Shown: positions 10,802-23,821, counted from the stretch's first letter. The stretch: DNA of 64,000 bases from Clostridia bacterium (GCA_030527165.1 JAUNBH010000001.1:30698-94697); one strand, 5' to 3'. Translations and numbers: made by a program. Notes: generated from the sequence alone by a model not told the origin.

Positions 10802-12871
10802 ATGAAGGCTTACACAGCAGACAGCATTCGCAACATAGGCATATTCGGCCATGGCAGCGAAGGCAAGACGACGTTGACGGAGGCGATGTTTTTCAACGCG
10901 GGCGGCATTGAGCGCATGGGTCGCATAGAGGACGGCACGACCGTATCCGACTACGACCCTGAGGAGACAAAGCGCGCCATATCCATAAGCATGTCCGTCG
11001 TCCCGTTTGAATGGAAGGGGACGAAGGTGAACGTCATCGACGCGCCGGGCAGCTTCGACTTTTACGGTGAAGTGGCGGAGGCGATGGCGCTGGCGGACTC
11101 GGCGTTGATACTCGTCGGCTCTGTTTCGGGCCTTACCGTGGGAGCGGAGAAGGCGATGGCGCTGTGCAAGAAGCATTCCAAGCCCCGTATGATAGTGATC
11201 AATCAGATGGACAGGGAGCACGCCAACTTTGACAAGGTGCTGGGCGAGCTTGTGGGCGGCTTCGGGCCGTCTGTCGCGCCCATTCAGGTTCCCATATGGG
11301 AGGGCGGCGCGTTTTTGGGCTATGTCGACCTGATTACGCTCAAGGCGTACAAGTTTGACGGCAAGGGCGTCAAGGAGACGGATATGCCCGCCGGCCTGGC
11401 GGACAGGGTGGAGGAACTGCGCGGCATGCTCACAGAGGCGGCGGCGGAGACCTCCGAGGAGCTCATGGAGAAGTACTTCAGCGACGGCGAGCTGTCCCAG
11501 GAGGACATAGTCATCGGTTTGAACGCCGGCGTTGCCGCGGGCGACATAACGCCGGTGTGCTGCTGCTCCTCGCTGCAGAATCTGGGCGTTGTGACACTCA
11601 TGGACGAGATGCTGCGCTACATGCCCACTGCCGCGGCTTGCGCCCCCAGGGCGTGCGTCAACGCCAAGACGGGCGAGCCGACTCAGCTCACGCCGGACAA
11701 GTTCGCCGCGCAGGTAATGAAGACCGTGGCGGACCCGTTTGTGGGCAAGATATCTATTATGAAGGTGTTCTCCGGCACGCTCACCAGTTCCGTCGCGCCT
11801 TACAACACGCGCGAGGAGAAGGCGGAGAAGCCGGGCACCGTGTACGTCATGACGGGCAAGTCGCTCACCACGGCGGACAGGATAGAGGCGGGCGACATAG
11901 GCGCCATGGCGAAACTCCAGCTGACCAACACCGGAGATACCCTGTGCGACGCTTCCGTGCCCGTGACATTTGAACCGATAGCGTTCCCCAAGCCCTGCAT
12001 CTCGCTGGCGGTATCCGCCAAGAAGCAGGGGGAGGACGACAAGATAATAGCCGGGTTGAGAAGGCTCACCGAGGAAGACCCGACCATAGTGATCGAAAAG
12101 AGCATGGAGACGGGCGATGTGCTGGTATGCGGCATAGGCGAAGCGCACATAGACGTCACCTGCGCCAAGCTGAGGAACAAGTTCAAGGTCGAGGCGCAGC
12201 TCGCGGATCCCCGCGTGGCGTATCGTGAGACGATCCGTTCCTCCGCGGAAGCCGAAGGCAAGCACAAGAAGCAATCCGGCGGCGCTGGTCAGTTCGGCGT
12301 GGTGCAGATGCGCTTCGAGCCGCTCGCCGAGGGCGATTTTGAATTTGTAAACGCCATAGTCGGCGGCGTCGTGCCCAAGGAGTACATACCCGCGGTCGAA
12401 AAGGGACTGCGCGAGGCGCTGGTTCACGGAGTGCTCGCGGGCTATCCCATGATAGGCATAAAGGCGACGCTCTACGACGGCAAGTATCATCCCGTAGACT
12501 CGAAGGAAGTGGCGTTCAAGAGCGCGGCGAGGCTCGCATATAAGGCGGCGTGCATAAAGGCGTCCCCCGTGCTGATAGAGCCGATTTACCGCTACGATAT
12601 AACGGTTCCCGCGGACTATCTGGGTGACATAATGGGCGACATGAGCCGCCGCAGGGGCCGCGTAATCGGCACCGACCCCGCCGATGAGGGCACGACGGTC
12701 ATAGCGGAAGCGCCGCTCTCGGAAATGGTCAAGTACGCCACGGATCTGCGCTCTATGACGCAGGGCCGCGGGTCGTTCACGTCCGAGTTCGTGCGCTACG
12801 AGGACGTTCCCGCCAACATCGCTCAGAAGATAATCGAGCAGGCGAAGCGGGACGAGGAAGACGACGAGTAG
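10802..12871 (+). CDS. Elongation factor G-like translational GTPase paralog (not the canonical fusA)
   Basis: Five-domain EF-G architecture across the full length. The G motifs diverge from canonical: GHGSEGKT, RAISI, DAPGS and NQMD, versus [18 protein letters not shown] and NKMD in the fusA copy at 29541. AGGGGGA RBS before the ATG at 10802. Confidence 0.85.
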   Translation: MKAYTADSIRNIGIFGHGSEGKTTLTEAMFFNAGGIERMGRIEDGTTVSDYDPEETKRAISISMSVVPFEWKGTKVNVIDAPGSFDFYGEVAEAMALADSALILVGSVSGLTVGAEKAMALCKKHSKPRMIVINQMDREHANFDKVLGELVGGFGPSVAPIQVPIWEGGAFLGYVDLITLKAYKFDGKGVKETDMPAGLADRVEELRGMLTEAAAETSEELMEKYFSDGELSQEDIVIGLNAGVAAGDITPVCCCSSLQNLGVVTLMDEMLRYMPTAAACAPRACVNAKTGEPTQLTPDKFAAQVMKTVADPFVGKISIMKVFSGTLTSSVAPYNTREEKAEKPGTVYVMTGKSLTTADRIEAGDIGAMAKLQLTNTGDTLCDASVPVTFEPIAFPKPCISLAVSAKKQGEDDKIIAGLRRLTEEDPTIVIEKSMETGDVLVCGIGEAHIDVTCAKLRNKFKVEAQLADPRVAYRETIRSSAEAEGKHKKQSGGAGQFGVVQMRFEPLAEGDFEFVNAIVGGVVPKEYIPAVEKGLREALVHGVLAGYPMIGIKATLYDGKYHPVDSKEVAFKSAARLAYKAACIKASPVLIEPIYRYDITVPADYLGDIMGDMSRRRGRVIGTDPADEGTTVIAEAPLSEMVKYATDLRSMTQGRGSFTSEFVRYEDVPANIAQKIIEQAKRDEEDDE

Positions 12872-12892
12872 AAGCGGCAGCTTCAAACAGTT

Positions 12893-12923
12893 CGGGCATG
12901 GCGTTCGCCATGCCCGTTTTTTT
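12893..12923 (+). terminator. Intrinsic terminator after the EF-G-like gene
   Basis: CGGGCATGGCG..CGCCATGCCCG stem (12893-12916) followed by TTTTTTT (12917-12923). Confidence 0.8.
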
Positions 12924-12947
12924 GAGGCACGCCAATCGAGTATACGG

Positions 12948-13850
12948 TCAGTCGCTCCACTCGATGTCGCAGTACTGTTTCACGCATATGCCGTCGTCCC
13001 GGCGGTAGAATGCGAACAGCACGCCGTCGCCGGGCTGGTACAGCTCCCGCGAAACGCCCGCCGCAGAGCGGCTCTCGACTATTATGTACTCTGCCTCCGG
13101 CTCCGCTGCTATGCTGTCGGGCAGCTTGCCGGGCGCGTACTCGGTTGCGGCCAGCACGCGGTTCGCGCCGTCGAGCTGGATCACCGTCACGCTGGCCGGC
13201 GGGTCGATAAAGCGCACGGTCAGCGCCACATTCGTGGTAGCCTCCTCGCTCAGCGGACTTTTCGCCGTGCGGATAGTCTCGCTCATCGTGTAAGTGCCCT
13301 CCAATAAACCGGCTACGGTGTTTGCGAAGGAGTCGCCCATGTCCGCCATGATGGCGTATACATCGCCCTCCTCCGCCTGATAGACGGGGTTGTAGTAGAA
13401 CGTGATCCTCCCCACGTCGGAGGCGACGTAGACCGTGCCCTCCAGTGAGAGGGTGAACGCATTGCCGTCGTCGGCGTAGTCAAGGGACGTATGCCCGTCG
13501 GAGATGCCCTCGTTGGAGGAGGCGCCGTGATAGCTGCTCGCGCCGTCCGCGTACAACGGGCAGAAGTAGCTGATTCCATCCACGTCCGTGAACGCGTATT
13601 CCGTTGCGGGCGGCGCGCCGCTCATTTCCGCATCGATGGGCGGCGTTTCTACGAGGGAAGCGTAGAACCTGCCTTCATTTGCGGCGCAGAACGTGTTGAG
13701 CGGCGCCATGGTGATCAGGACGCCTATAAGCCGGTCGCCGCCGGTTTCATCCGCCGTGCTGGAGCCAAACTGCGCCATGCCGGTTGCGCCCACCGCGAAG
13801 CATGCCAGCAGCACGCACGCAAATATGATGATAATGACCTTAGTTTTCAT
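12948..13850 (-). CDS. Secreted or lipid-anchored protein of unknown function
   Basis: 300 aa. N-terminal signal or anchor MKTKVIIIIFACVLLAC (possible lipobox LLAC). The mature part is acidic and rich in Tyr and Gly. It overlaps the upstream HTH gene by 11 nt. Confidence 0.7.
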   Translation of the reverse strand: MKTKVIIIIFACVLLACFAVGATGMAQFGSSTADETGGDRLIGVLITMAPLNTFCAANEGRFYASLVETPPIDAEMSGAPPATEYAFTDVDGISYFCPLYADGASSYHGASSNEGISDGHTSLDYADDGNAFTLSLEGTVYVASDVGRITFYYNPVYQAEEGDVYAIMADMGDSFANTVAGLLEGTYTMSETIRTAKSPLSEEATTNVALTVRFIDPPASVTVIQLDGANRVLAATEYAPGKLPDSIAAEPEAEYIIVESRSAAGVSRELYQPGDGVLFAFYRRDDGICVKQYCDIEWSD

Positions 13851-14067
13851 CGTGATCCTCCAGATTGCCGTCGTATTTAAGTATGTCGCCCACGTCGCAT
13901 TCGAGGTAATGGCATATTCGGTTTATCGTGGCAAAGCGGACGCCCTTTGCCTTACCGCTGCGCAGTATGGAGAGGTTGGCCTCTGTGATGCCCACTTTTG
14001 CGCAGAGCTCCTTTGAGGTCATGCCGCGCGCCTTGAGGACGTCCTCCAGGTGTACTCGTATGGCCAT
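13840..14067 (-). CDS. Small XRE/Cro-C1-type helix-turn-helix transcriptional regulator (YozG-like)
   Basis: 75 aa. The HTH is MTSKELCAKVGITEANLSILRSGKAKGVRFATINRICHYLECDVGDIL, characteristic of the short YozG-type HTH_26 family. Confidence 0.85.
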   Translation of the reverse strand: MAIRVHLEDVLKARGMTSKELCAKVGITEANLSILRSGKAKGVRFATINRICHYLECDVGDILKYDGNLEDHDEN

Positions 14068-14077
14068 AGCTTCGCCC

Positions 14078-15016
14078 TCATATGAACAGCGCGTTGTCGT
14101 CCTTGAGCCGGTGATTCTCCGCTATCAGTCGCGCTCCTAAAAGCGCCGCCAGCACGAATGCGAGGCTCATGACGGGTATGTCGGCAGTTACCGCAACGGC
14201 AGTTAGCCACCGCGCCAACGCCAGCTGCAGCGCATTCAGTCCCGCGATCGCAGCAGCCGTCACACCCAACGAAACGCAGCAGAGCCTTGCGAGCTTGTGC
14301 GCGAGCTCCGCCGCGCGGGGGCCGTCCTGGGCGCAGAGCGCGTCTATCAGCGTCAGCGCGGAGAGCGTAATCGCTATGTCAAGCGCATAGGGCAGCGCCG
14401 TCGCGAGAAACCGCGCAAACGCTATCGCGCCGTCCAAGCCGTGCTGTGCATTGGATAACCCGTTTATCAGCGCGCCCCCGCACGAGACGGCGATGGCCCC
14501 TGTGAAGAGCGCGCACAGCGCGTACAGCAACGCCTTGAGGTAGCGCAGCAGGCTGCGCTCGTCTTCAGTGCGAAACAGCCTCAACAGCCGCAGCACTCCC
14601 CAGAGCACCGCCACAGACCACACGACCAAGCCAACGACGGCCTTTGCGGTGGACATGTCGGCGATATTGGGGAAGCACGCCCGCAGGCTCTCCGGATTCG
14701 CCATGGTGAACAGCGCCGCGCACAGCGACGCGGACAGCAGCGCCAAGGCCACGCCCTCAGCGCGGCGGGATTTGTCGCGTGCGCACTTTATCGCGGGAAT
14801 CAGCGGCAGCATGGAAATGCCCGCCCATATCGCCAGCGCCGCGCCGTTGCCCATGTTTCCGGTCAGTGCCAGCGCCCCGAGACCGGCGCCTATTTGCTCA
14901 AACGGGAACGCCGGAAGCGCCGAAAACAGGGCGGGGAAACCGCTTGCGAGCAGCATCAGCGCTATCAGCGCGGCAAACTCCACGCCCAAGAGTGAGAACA
15001 GTAGTTTTCGATTCAT
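14078..15016 (-). CDS. Polytopic membrane protein of unknown function (position typical of DUF2975-type partners of YozG-like regulators)
   Basis: At least 7 hydrophobic segments. Start at the ATG at 15016, preceded by GAGGTG at 6 nt. It lies 10 nt upstream of the HTH gene. Confidence 0.7.
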   Translation of the reverse strand: MNRKLLFSLLGVEFAALIALMLLASGFPALFSALPAFPFEQIGAGLGALALTGNMGNGAALAIWAGISMLPLIPAIKCARDKSRRAEGVALALLSASLCAALFTMANPESLRACFPNIADMSTAKAVVGLVVWSVAVLWGVLRLLRLFRTEDERSLLRYLKALLYALCALFTGAIAVSCGGALINGLSNAQHGLDGAIAFARFLATALPYALDIAITLSALTLIDALCAQDGPRAAELAHKLARLCCVSLGVTAAAIAGLNALQLALARWLTAVAVTADIPVMSLAFVLAALLGARLIAENHRLKDDNALFI

Positions 15017-15167
15017 TGCAAACACCTCGTTAATTATTGTCGTACGATAATTTGAGGCTAACACGGAAATTATCGTTTGTCAATAATGTTGCGAAATTTA
15101 TTTTATGCGCGCCCGCAACACAGGGCGTTCCGCAACCAGGGATTGCGCGCGCGCAACTGAAATACCT

Positions 15168-15195
15168 TTGCCCGCATGCGCGTATATGGTACAAT
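15168..15195 (+). promoter_or_regulatory. Candidate promoter for tldD-pmbA (TTGCCC-16 nt-TACAAT with a TGn extended -10)
   Basis: tgg-TACAAT at 15187-15195 and a weak -35 at 15168-15173. Consensus match only. Confidence 0.35.
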
Positions 15196-15244
15196 ACCGG
15201 TGTAAAACGGTCGCGGCGGAGTACGCCGCAGGAGGAGGAAAAAC

Positions 15245-16630
15245 TTGATAGAACAGAGGATTGCGCAGAGAGTGCTCGATGAAGCGCTCAAGACGGGCGG
15301 CGACTTCTCGGAGCTGTTCATGCAGGATACCGACAACAATGGCGTCACCATGGCCAACGGCGTCGTGGAGGAAGCGACGTATACCAGGCTGAGGGGCGCG
15401 GGCGTGAGAGTGCTCAAGGGGACAAAGTGCGCCTATGCGTATACCGCGGACACGAGTGAGGACGCGTTGCTCGCCACTGCCCGCGCGGCGGCGTCTGCGA
15501 TAGACGGCGTCGCACAGGGTGAGACGAGGAGCTTCCGCGTGCGCGACTATTCCGTAGCGCCCCGGACGCCGTTTGCTTCCGTGGCAAACGACAGGCGCGT
15601 GGAGCTCCTGCGCGAGGGAACCGCGGCGGCCAAGGCGTATTCCGACGAGGTGACGCAGGTCATGGCGAAATACATCGACGTTGACCACCGCATAATGGTA
15701 TGCAACAGCGAGGGAGTGTGGGCGCAGGACAGGAGACCGCGCACCCGCGTGATGATTCAAGCGGTAGCCACGAAGGACGGCGAGGCGCAGACGGGTTACG
15801 AGAGCCCGGGACTGGGCATGGGGTTTGAGGCTTTCGAGCGCATAGACGTGAGGAGCGTGGGCGAGCAGGCGGCCAAGACCGCGGTGACGATGCTGCACGC
15901 GCCCCAGTGTCCGGCGGGAGTCGTGCCCGTGGTGATAGACGGCGGCTTTGGCGGCGTGATACTGCACGAGGCGTGCGTACACTCGTTGGAGGCGACCAGC
16001 GTGGCGCGCGGCGAATCGGAGTTTTGCGGCAAGCTCGGGCAGAAGATAGCTTCGGACATAGTGACGGCGATCGACGACGGCACGCTGCCCGGTGAATGGG
16101 GTTCCATCAACGTGGACGACGAGGGCACGCTGCCCCAGCGCAACGTACTGGTCGAGAACGGTATACTCAAGTCCTACCTGTTCGACATGCTCGGAGCGCG
16201 GCGCATGGCCCATCCGCTCACGGGCAGCAGCCGCAGGCAGAGCTATCAGTACGCGCCGACGTCGCGCATGACGAACACGTTCTTCGCGCCCGGCGAGCAC
16301 GACGAGGAGGAGATGATAGCCACTATGGGCGACGGGCTGTTCGCCGCGAGGATGGGCGGAGGTTCCGTAAACCCGCTCACCGGCGAGTTCAATTTCGCGG
16401 TGCTCGAGGGCTATTGGGTAAAGGACGGCAAGATATACTGCCCGGTCAGGGGCGCGACGCTCATAGGCAAGGGCGCGGAGGTGCTGATGAAGATAGACCG
16501 GATAGGCAGGCGCATGTGGCTGGGCCAGGGCATGTGCGGCTCTGCGTCCGGGAGCATACCCACAAATGTCGGTCAGCCGCGCATAAGGGTACAGAATATC
16601 GTAGTAGGCGGAAAAGGAGGGGCGCTCTAA
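15245..16630 (+). CDS. tldD: TldD family metalloprotease
   Basis: 461 aa. GGDFSELF, the HEACVHSLE metal-binding motif (HExxxH) and the C-terminal GMCGS..G motif. TTG start with an AGGAGGAGG RBS. Confidence 0.9.
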   Translation: MIEQRIAQRVLDEALKTGGDFSELFMQDTDNNGVTMANGVVEEATYTRLRGAGVRVLKGTKCAYAYTADTSEDALLATARAAASAIDGVAQGETRSFRVRDYSVAPRTPFASVANDRRVELLREGTAAAKAYSDEVTQVMAKYIDVDHRIMVCNSEGVWAQDRRPRTRVMIQAVATKDGEAQTGYESPGLGMGFEAFERIDVRSVGEQAAKTAVTMLHAPQCPAGVVPVVIDGGFGGVILHEACVHSLEATSVARGESEFCGKLGQKIASDIVTAIDDGTLPGEWGSINVDDEGTLPQRNVLVENGILKSYLFDMLGARRMAHPLTGSSRRQSYQYAPTSRMTNTFFAPGEHDEEEMIATMGDGLFAARMGGGSVNPLTGEFNFAVLEGYWVKDGKIYCPVRGATLIGKGAEVLMKIDRIGRRMWLGQGMCGSASGSIPTNVGQPRIRVQNIVVGGKGGAL

Positions 16631-17964
16631 TGACTATACGGGAATACAGGGATCTGGTGTTTAATATCGCGCTGGAGCAGGGCTGCACGGCGGCGGAGAT
16701 ATACTTCTGCGAGGACGAATCGTTCTCCGTGGGCGCGCGCGAGGGCGAGCTGGACGAGTACTCGGTGAGCAAGGACTTCGGGCTCAACCTGCGCGTGGAA
16801 TACGGCGGCAGGAACGGTTACGCCTATACGGAGGCGCTTGAGGACGCCGACGCGCTCGTGCGCAAGGCGATGGACAATGCCCGCACCGTGGAGACGGACG
16901 ACATGTGCCCCATGCAGGGCGCGAGCGAGTACGAGGAGTGCGCGCCGCGTGATAACCCCCTGTCGGACATGAGCGCCAAGGAGAAGATAGATATGGCGCT
17001 CGAGCTGGAGCGCAGGACGCTGGAGCGGGATTCGAGAGTCACGCAGGTGCAGGGCGCTTATGTGATGACCGGCACGAATCGGGTGTGCATCTACAACACG
17101 CGCGGCCTCGAGGCGGAGAAGCGCGGCCGGAGCAGCCTGGCGTATGTGGCGCCCATAATGGCTGACGGCGATGCGGTGAAAAACTCGTTTGCGTTCCGCG
17201 TGGGCAAGGAGTGCCTGAATCTCGACGGCATGGTGGACGAGGCTATCGAGGATGCGGCGATGCAGTTCGGCGCGAAGCCGGTGCCGACGGGCGTGTACAA
17301 CATAATACTGCGCAACAGCGCCATGGCTGATCTGGTAGCCGCATTCAGCCCCATGTTCTCGGCGGACAACGCCCAGAAGGGGCTGTCGCTGCTCGCAAAC
17401 CGCGAGGGCGAGGTAGTGGCGTCCGCTGCCGTAACGCTGGTGGACGATCCGTTTCACGAGGAATATCCCCGTGCGTTTGACGCAGAGGGCGTTCCGAGCT
17501 TCACAAAGACGCTGATAGACGGCGGCGTATTCAAGACGCTGCTTTACAACCTCAAGACGGCCGCAAAGGCGGGCGTAGCCTCCACCTCCAACGCGAGCAG
17601 GTCGAGCGCCTCGTCGCCGATAGGCACGAGCCCCACGGTGATGTACCTCAAGGCCGGCGAACTCAGCTATGACGAGCTCGTAGCCAAGCTGGGCGACGGC
17701 ATAGTCATCACCGATATTTCCGGGCTGCACGCGGGTGTGGACGAAGTCGCGGGCGAGTTCTCGGTGCTGTCGCGCGGCAGGCTCGTAGAGGGCGGCGTGG
17801 AGACGCGCAGCGTGGAGCAGATAACGATAGGCGGCAGCTTCCTCGAGCTGCTCAAGGCGGTAGTCGCCGTGGGAACTGACATGCGGTTCTCATTGCCTTC
17901 CGGGAGCTCGATGGTGGGTTCGCCGAGCGTGCTCATAGAGGGAGTCATGGTGTCCGGCGAATAG
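16630..17964 (+). CDS. pmbA: PmbA/TldE family metalloprotease partner
   Basis: The start ATG overlaps the tldD stop (TAATG at 16628-16632). MTIREYRDLVFNIALEQG... is typical of PmbA. The 16096 start in the track is a spurious extension across tldD in another frame. Confidence 0.88.
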   Translation: MTIREYRDLVFNIALEQGCTAAEIYFCEDESFSVGAREGELDEYSVSKDFGLNLRVEYGGRNGYAYTEALEDADALVRKAMDNARTVETDDMCPMQGASEYEECAPRDNPLSDMSAKEKIDMALELERRTLERDSRVTQVQGAYVMTGTNRVCIYNTRGLEAEKRGRSSLAYVAPIMADGDAVKNSFAFRVGKECLNLDGMVDEAIEDAAMQFGAKPVPTGVYNIILRNSAMADLVAAFSPMFSADNAQKGLSLLANREGEVVASAAVTLVDDPFHEEYPRAFDAEGVPSFTKTLIDGGVFKTLLYNLKTAAKAGVASTSNASRSSASSPIGTSPTVMYLKAGELSYDELVAKLGDGIVITDISGLHAGVDEVAGEFSVLSRGRLVEGGVETRSVEQITIGGSFLELLKAVVAVGTDMRFSLPSGSSMVGSPSVLIEGVMVSGE

Positions 17965-17978
17965 CGCGCGGACGCCTG

Positions 17979-18006
17979 AGGGCGGGGGCGAAAGCCTCCG
18001 CCCTTT
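17979..18006 (+). terminator. Stem-loop with a GAAA tetraloop after pmbA (probable terminator)
   Basis: An 11-bp stem AGGGCGGGGGC-gaaa-GCCTCCGCCCT followed by TTT. Confidence 0.5.
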
Positions 18007-18083
18007 GTGCTGCAATCCGCAAAAAACAAGCAAATACGCGCTTTCCCGCGATAATGACCCGCCTGCGGGGAGCAGTGGCGAGC

Positions 18084-18112
18084 TTGACAAAGCGGGAAAG
18101 TTTGTGTACAAT
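18084..18112 (+). promoter_or_regulatory. Candidate SigA promoter for carD (TTGACA-17 nt-TACAAT)
   Basis: Perfect -35 at 18084-18089 and TACAAT at 18107-18112. A 10-bp hairpin GGGTATTACG/CGTAATACCC (18121-18146) follows in the 5' UTR. Confidence 0.6.
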
Positions 18113-18170
18113 GATGACGAGGGTATTACGTTGGCGCGTAATACCCCAAAAGAGAGAGGAGGGGCGGAGC

Positions 18171-18656
18171 GTGTTTTCAGTAGGCGATATGGTGTGTTAT
18201 CCCATGCATGGCGTAGGCACCATCCAGACGATAGAAGAAAAGACGATACTTGGTGATACGGCTACTTATTACACGATACGCTTTGTCTCCAACAGCATGA
18301 CGGCCATGGTTCCCGTAGACAATGTCGCGCAGGTCGGGCTGCGCCGCGTCATTGAGGCGGATGAGTGCGGCAGAGTACTCGAGTACCTCGACGGCGACTC
18401 GATGGCGGAGAGCGACAACTGGAATCAGAGATACCGCGACAACATGGAGAAGCTCAAGCGCGGTTCGATATACGAGATAGCCGACGTAGTCAGATCGCTG
18501 AAGAAGCGGGACAACGAAAAGGGACTCTCCTCCGTGGAGCGAAAGATGCTCTTATCCGCGAAGAACGTGCTCGTGACTGAACTCTCATACGCGAGCGGCA
18601 AAGACGCGGCGGATGTTGAGGCGAGCGTCGAGTCCGTCTGCGGAAAGCGCGCATGA
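18171..18656 (+). CDS. carD: CarD/CdnL family RNA polymerase-binding transcription factor
   Basis: FSVGDMVCYPMHGVGTIQTIEEKTILGDTATYYTIRF is the TRCF-RID-like N-domain. GTG start at 18171 after a GAGGAGGGG RBS. The 18054 start in the track is unlikely. Confidence 0.9.
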   Translation: MFSVGDMVCYPMHGVGTIQTIEEKTILGDTATYYTIRFVSNSMTAMVPVDNVAQVGLRRVIEADECGRVLEYLDGDSMAESDNWNQRYRDNMEKLKRGSIYEIADVVRSLKKRDNEKGLSSVERKMLLSAKNVLVTELSYASGKDAADVEASVESVCGKRA

Positions 18657-18688
18657 CTGGACAAAAACTTAATACTGTGAGGTAGAAG

Positions 18689-19786
18689 ATGGCTCGAAAG
18701 TTAGTGAGAGTACTGCTCGCCTTGCTGGGCGCCGGCGCGGGAATAGCGCTGGTCGCTTCGGTGAACGAGCTGCTGCCGGTGATTGTGATAGGAATCGGCG
18801 ACTCTCCGGTCTACGCATTGGCAATTACCATCGCCTACATAGTCTTTGCAGTTGTATGTGGCATTATAGCTTTTGTTTATTCCGCAAAGATAATGGATGG
18901 GGTGATTGTGCTGGTGCAGCGCATTCAGGGCAGGCTTTCGGAGATACCCGCCGCCGACGTGTTCATAGGCATAGTCGGTCTGACGATAGGTCTCCTGATA
19001 GCCTATTTGTTGAGCGCGCTCGTGAGGAGCATAAACGTAGTTTGGATAGAGATACCGATAAACGCGGCGATATACTCAATATGCGGGTACTTGGGCTGGA
19101 ACATAGCGTTAAGCCGGCGCTCCGAGATAAACGTGCCGCATTGGTTCAGGCGCTCGCGGGGGCACAAGGGCGCGGCGGCCGTCAGGCCGAAGATATTGGA
19201 CACATCCGTGATAATAGACGGGCGCATACTCGACATATGTAAGACAGGTATAATGGAGGGCGATATAGTCGTGCCGGAGTTCGTGCTCTCAGAGCTCCAG
19301 CATATAGCGGACAACGCCGACTCCACTCGCCGCATGCGCGGCAGGCGCGGGTTGGACGTGCTGGCGCGCATGATGGAGGAGCTGGACGGCAGGGTGGCCA
19401 TTGAGAAGCGCGACTATCCGGAGATAGAGGAGGTCGACCTGAAGCTGCTGAAGCTGGCGCTCGTCATGGGCGGCACGGTGGTGACGAATGACTACAATCT
19501 CAACAAGGTCGCGGTAGTGCAGGGGGTGCCGGTGTTCAACATAAACGAGTTGGCGAACGCGGTGCGCTCTGTGGTCGTAACGGGGGAGGAGCTCAGCGTA
19601 CACATAGTAAAGGAAGGCAAGGAACACAATCAGGGCGTGGCGTATCTCGACGACGGCACTATGATAGTGGTGGACGGCGGCAAGGCGTTTATAGGCGACA
19701 GCGTGCATGTAACGGTGACGAGCGTACTTCAGACCTCGGCCGGAAGGATGATATTCGCAAAGCTGAGGCAATCCTTTGACGCGTGA
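18689..19786 (+). CDS. PIN/TRAM domain protein (YacL-like) with an N-terminal membrane region
   Basis: 365 aa. About 4 N-terminal TM helices, a PIN domain (ILDTSVIIDGRI...VTNDYNLNKVA) and a C-terminal TRAM-like beta domain. It follows carD, as in many Firmicutes. Confidence 0.85.
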   Translation: MARKLVRVLLALLGAGAGIALVASVNELLPVIVIGIGDSPVYALAITIAYIVFAVVCGIIAFVYSAKIMDGVIVLVQRIQGRLSEIPAADVFIGIVGLTIGLLIAYLLSALVRSINVVWIEIPINAAIYSICGYLGWNIALSRRSEINVPHWFRRSRGHKGAAAVRPKILDTSVIIDGRILDICKTGIMEGDIVVPEFVLSELQHIADNADSTRRMRGRRGLDVLARMMEELDGRVAIEKRDYPEIEEVDLKLLKLALVMGGTVVTNDYNLNKVAVVQGVPVFNINELANAVRSVVVTGEELSVHIVKEGKEHNQGVAYLDDGTMIVVDGGKAFIGDSVHVTVTSVLQTSAGRMIFAKLRQSFDA

Positions 19787-19844
19787 CCGCATCGCGGCGC
19801 CGGAAATATATTTGTGCAAATCGCGCGGCGCGGCGTTTTTCGTG

Positions 19845-19881
19845 TTGACTCACTTGACATATAGTGATAAACTACTAAACT
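19845..19881 (+). promoter_or_regulatory. Two overlapping candidate promoters upstream of rpoB (TTGACT-17 nt-TAAACT and TTGACA-16 nt-TAAACT)
   Basis: The -35 boxes are at 19845 and 19854, and the -10 boxes (TAAACT) at 19868 and 19876. The motif pair is duplicated with an 8-9 nt offset. An AT-rich leader of about 180 nt follows. Confidence 0.45.
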
Positions 19882-20061
19882 GCATTAGCATTGGCATACT
19901 GCCCTTATTATGCCCTGTTGCGGGATATATATCTGCATTGGGTATACATTATGCCGATTTGGAAACAATTGTCAGGAGGCTTGCCTCATTATTGTTTCGT
20001 TTAAGGGCACGGCTGGGTACGGCGGACTAAAGCTTCAAAATAACAGTTAGGAGTGAATGCG

Positions 20062-23793
<3,732 letters not shown>

Positions 23794-23821
23794 TGCTGAA
23801 CCACGAAGGGAGAGAAACGCA

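Noticed and set aside
16096-16629. N-terminal extension of the pmbA ORF (the track start at 16096 gives 622 aa) overlapping tldD.
   Set aside because: The extension is Arg/Gly-rich nonsense read from another frame of tldD. The PmbA-like sequence begins at the ATG at 16630, which overlaps the tldD stop (TAATG).
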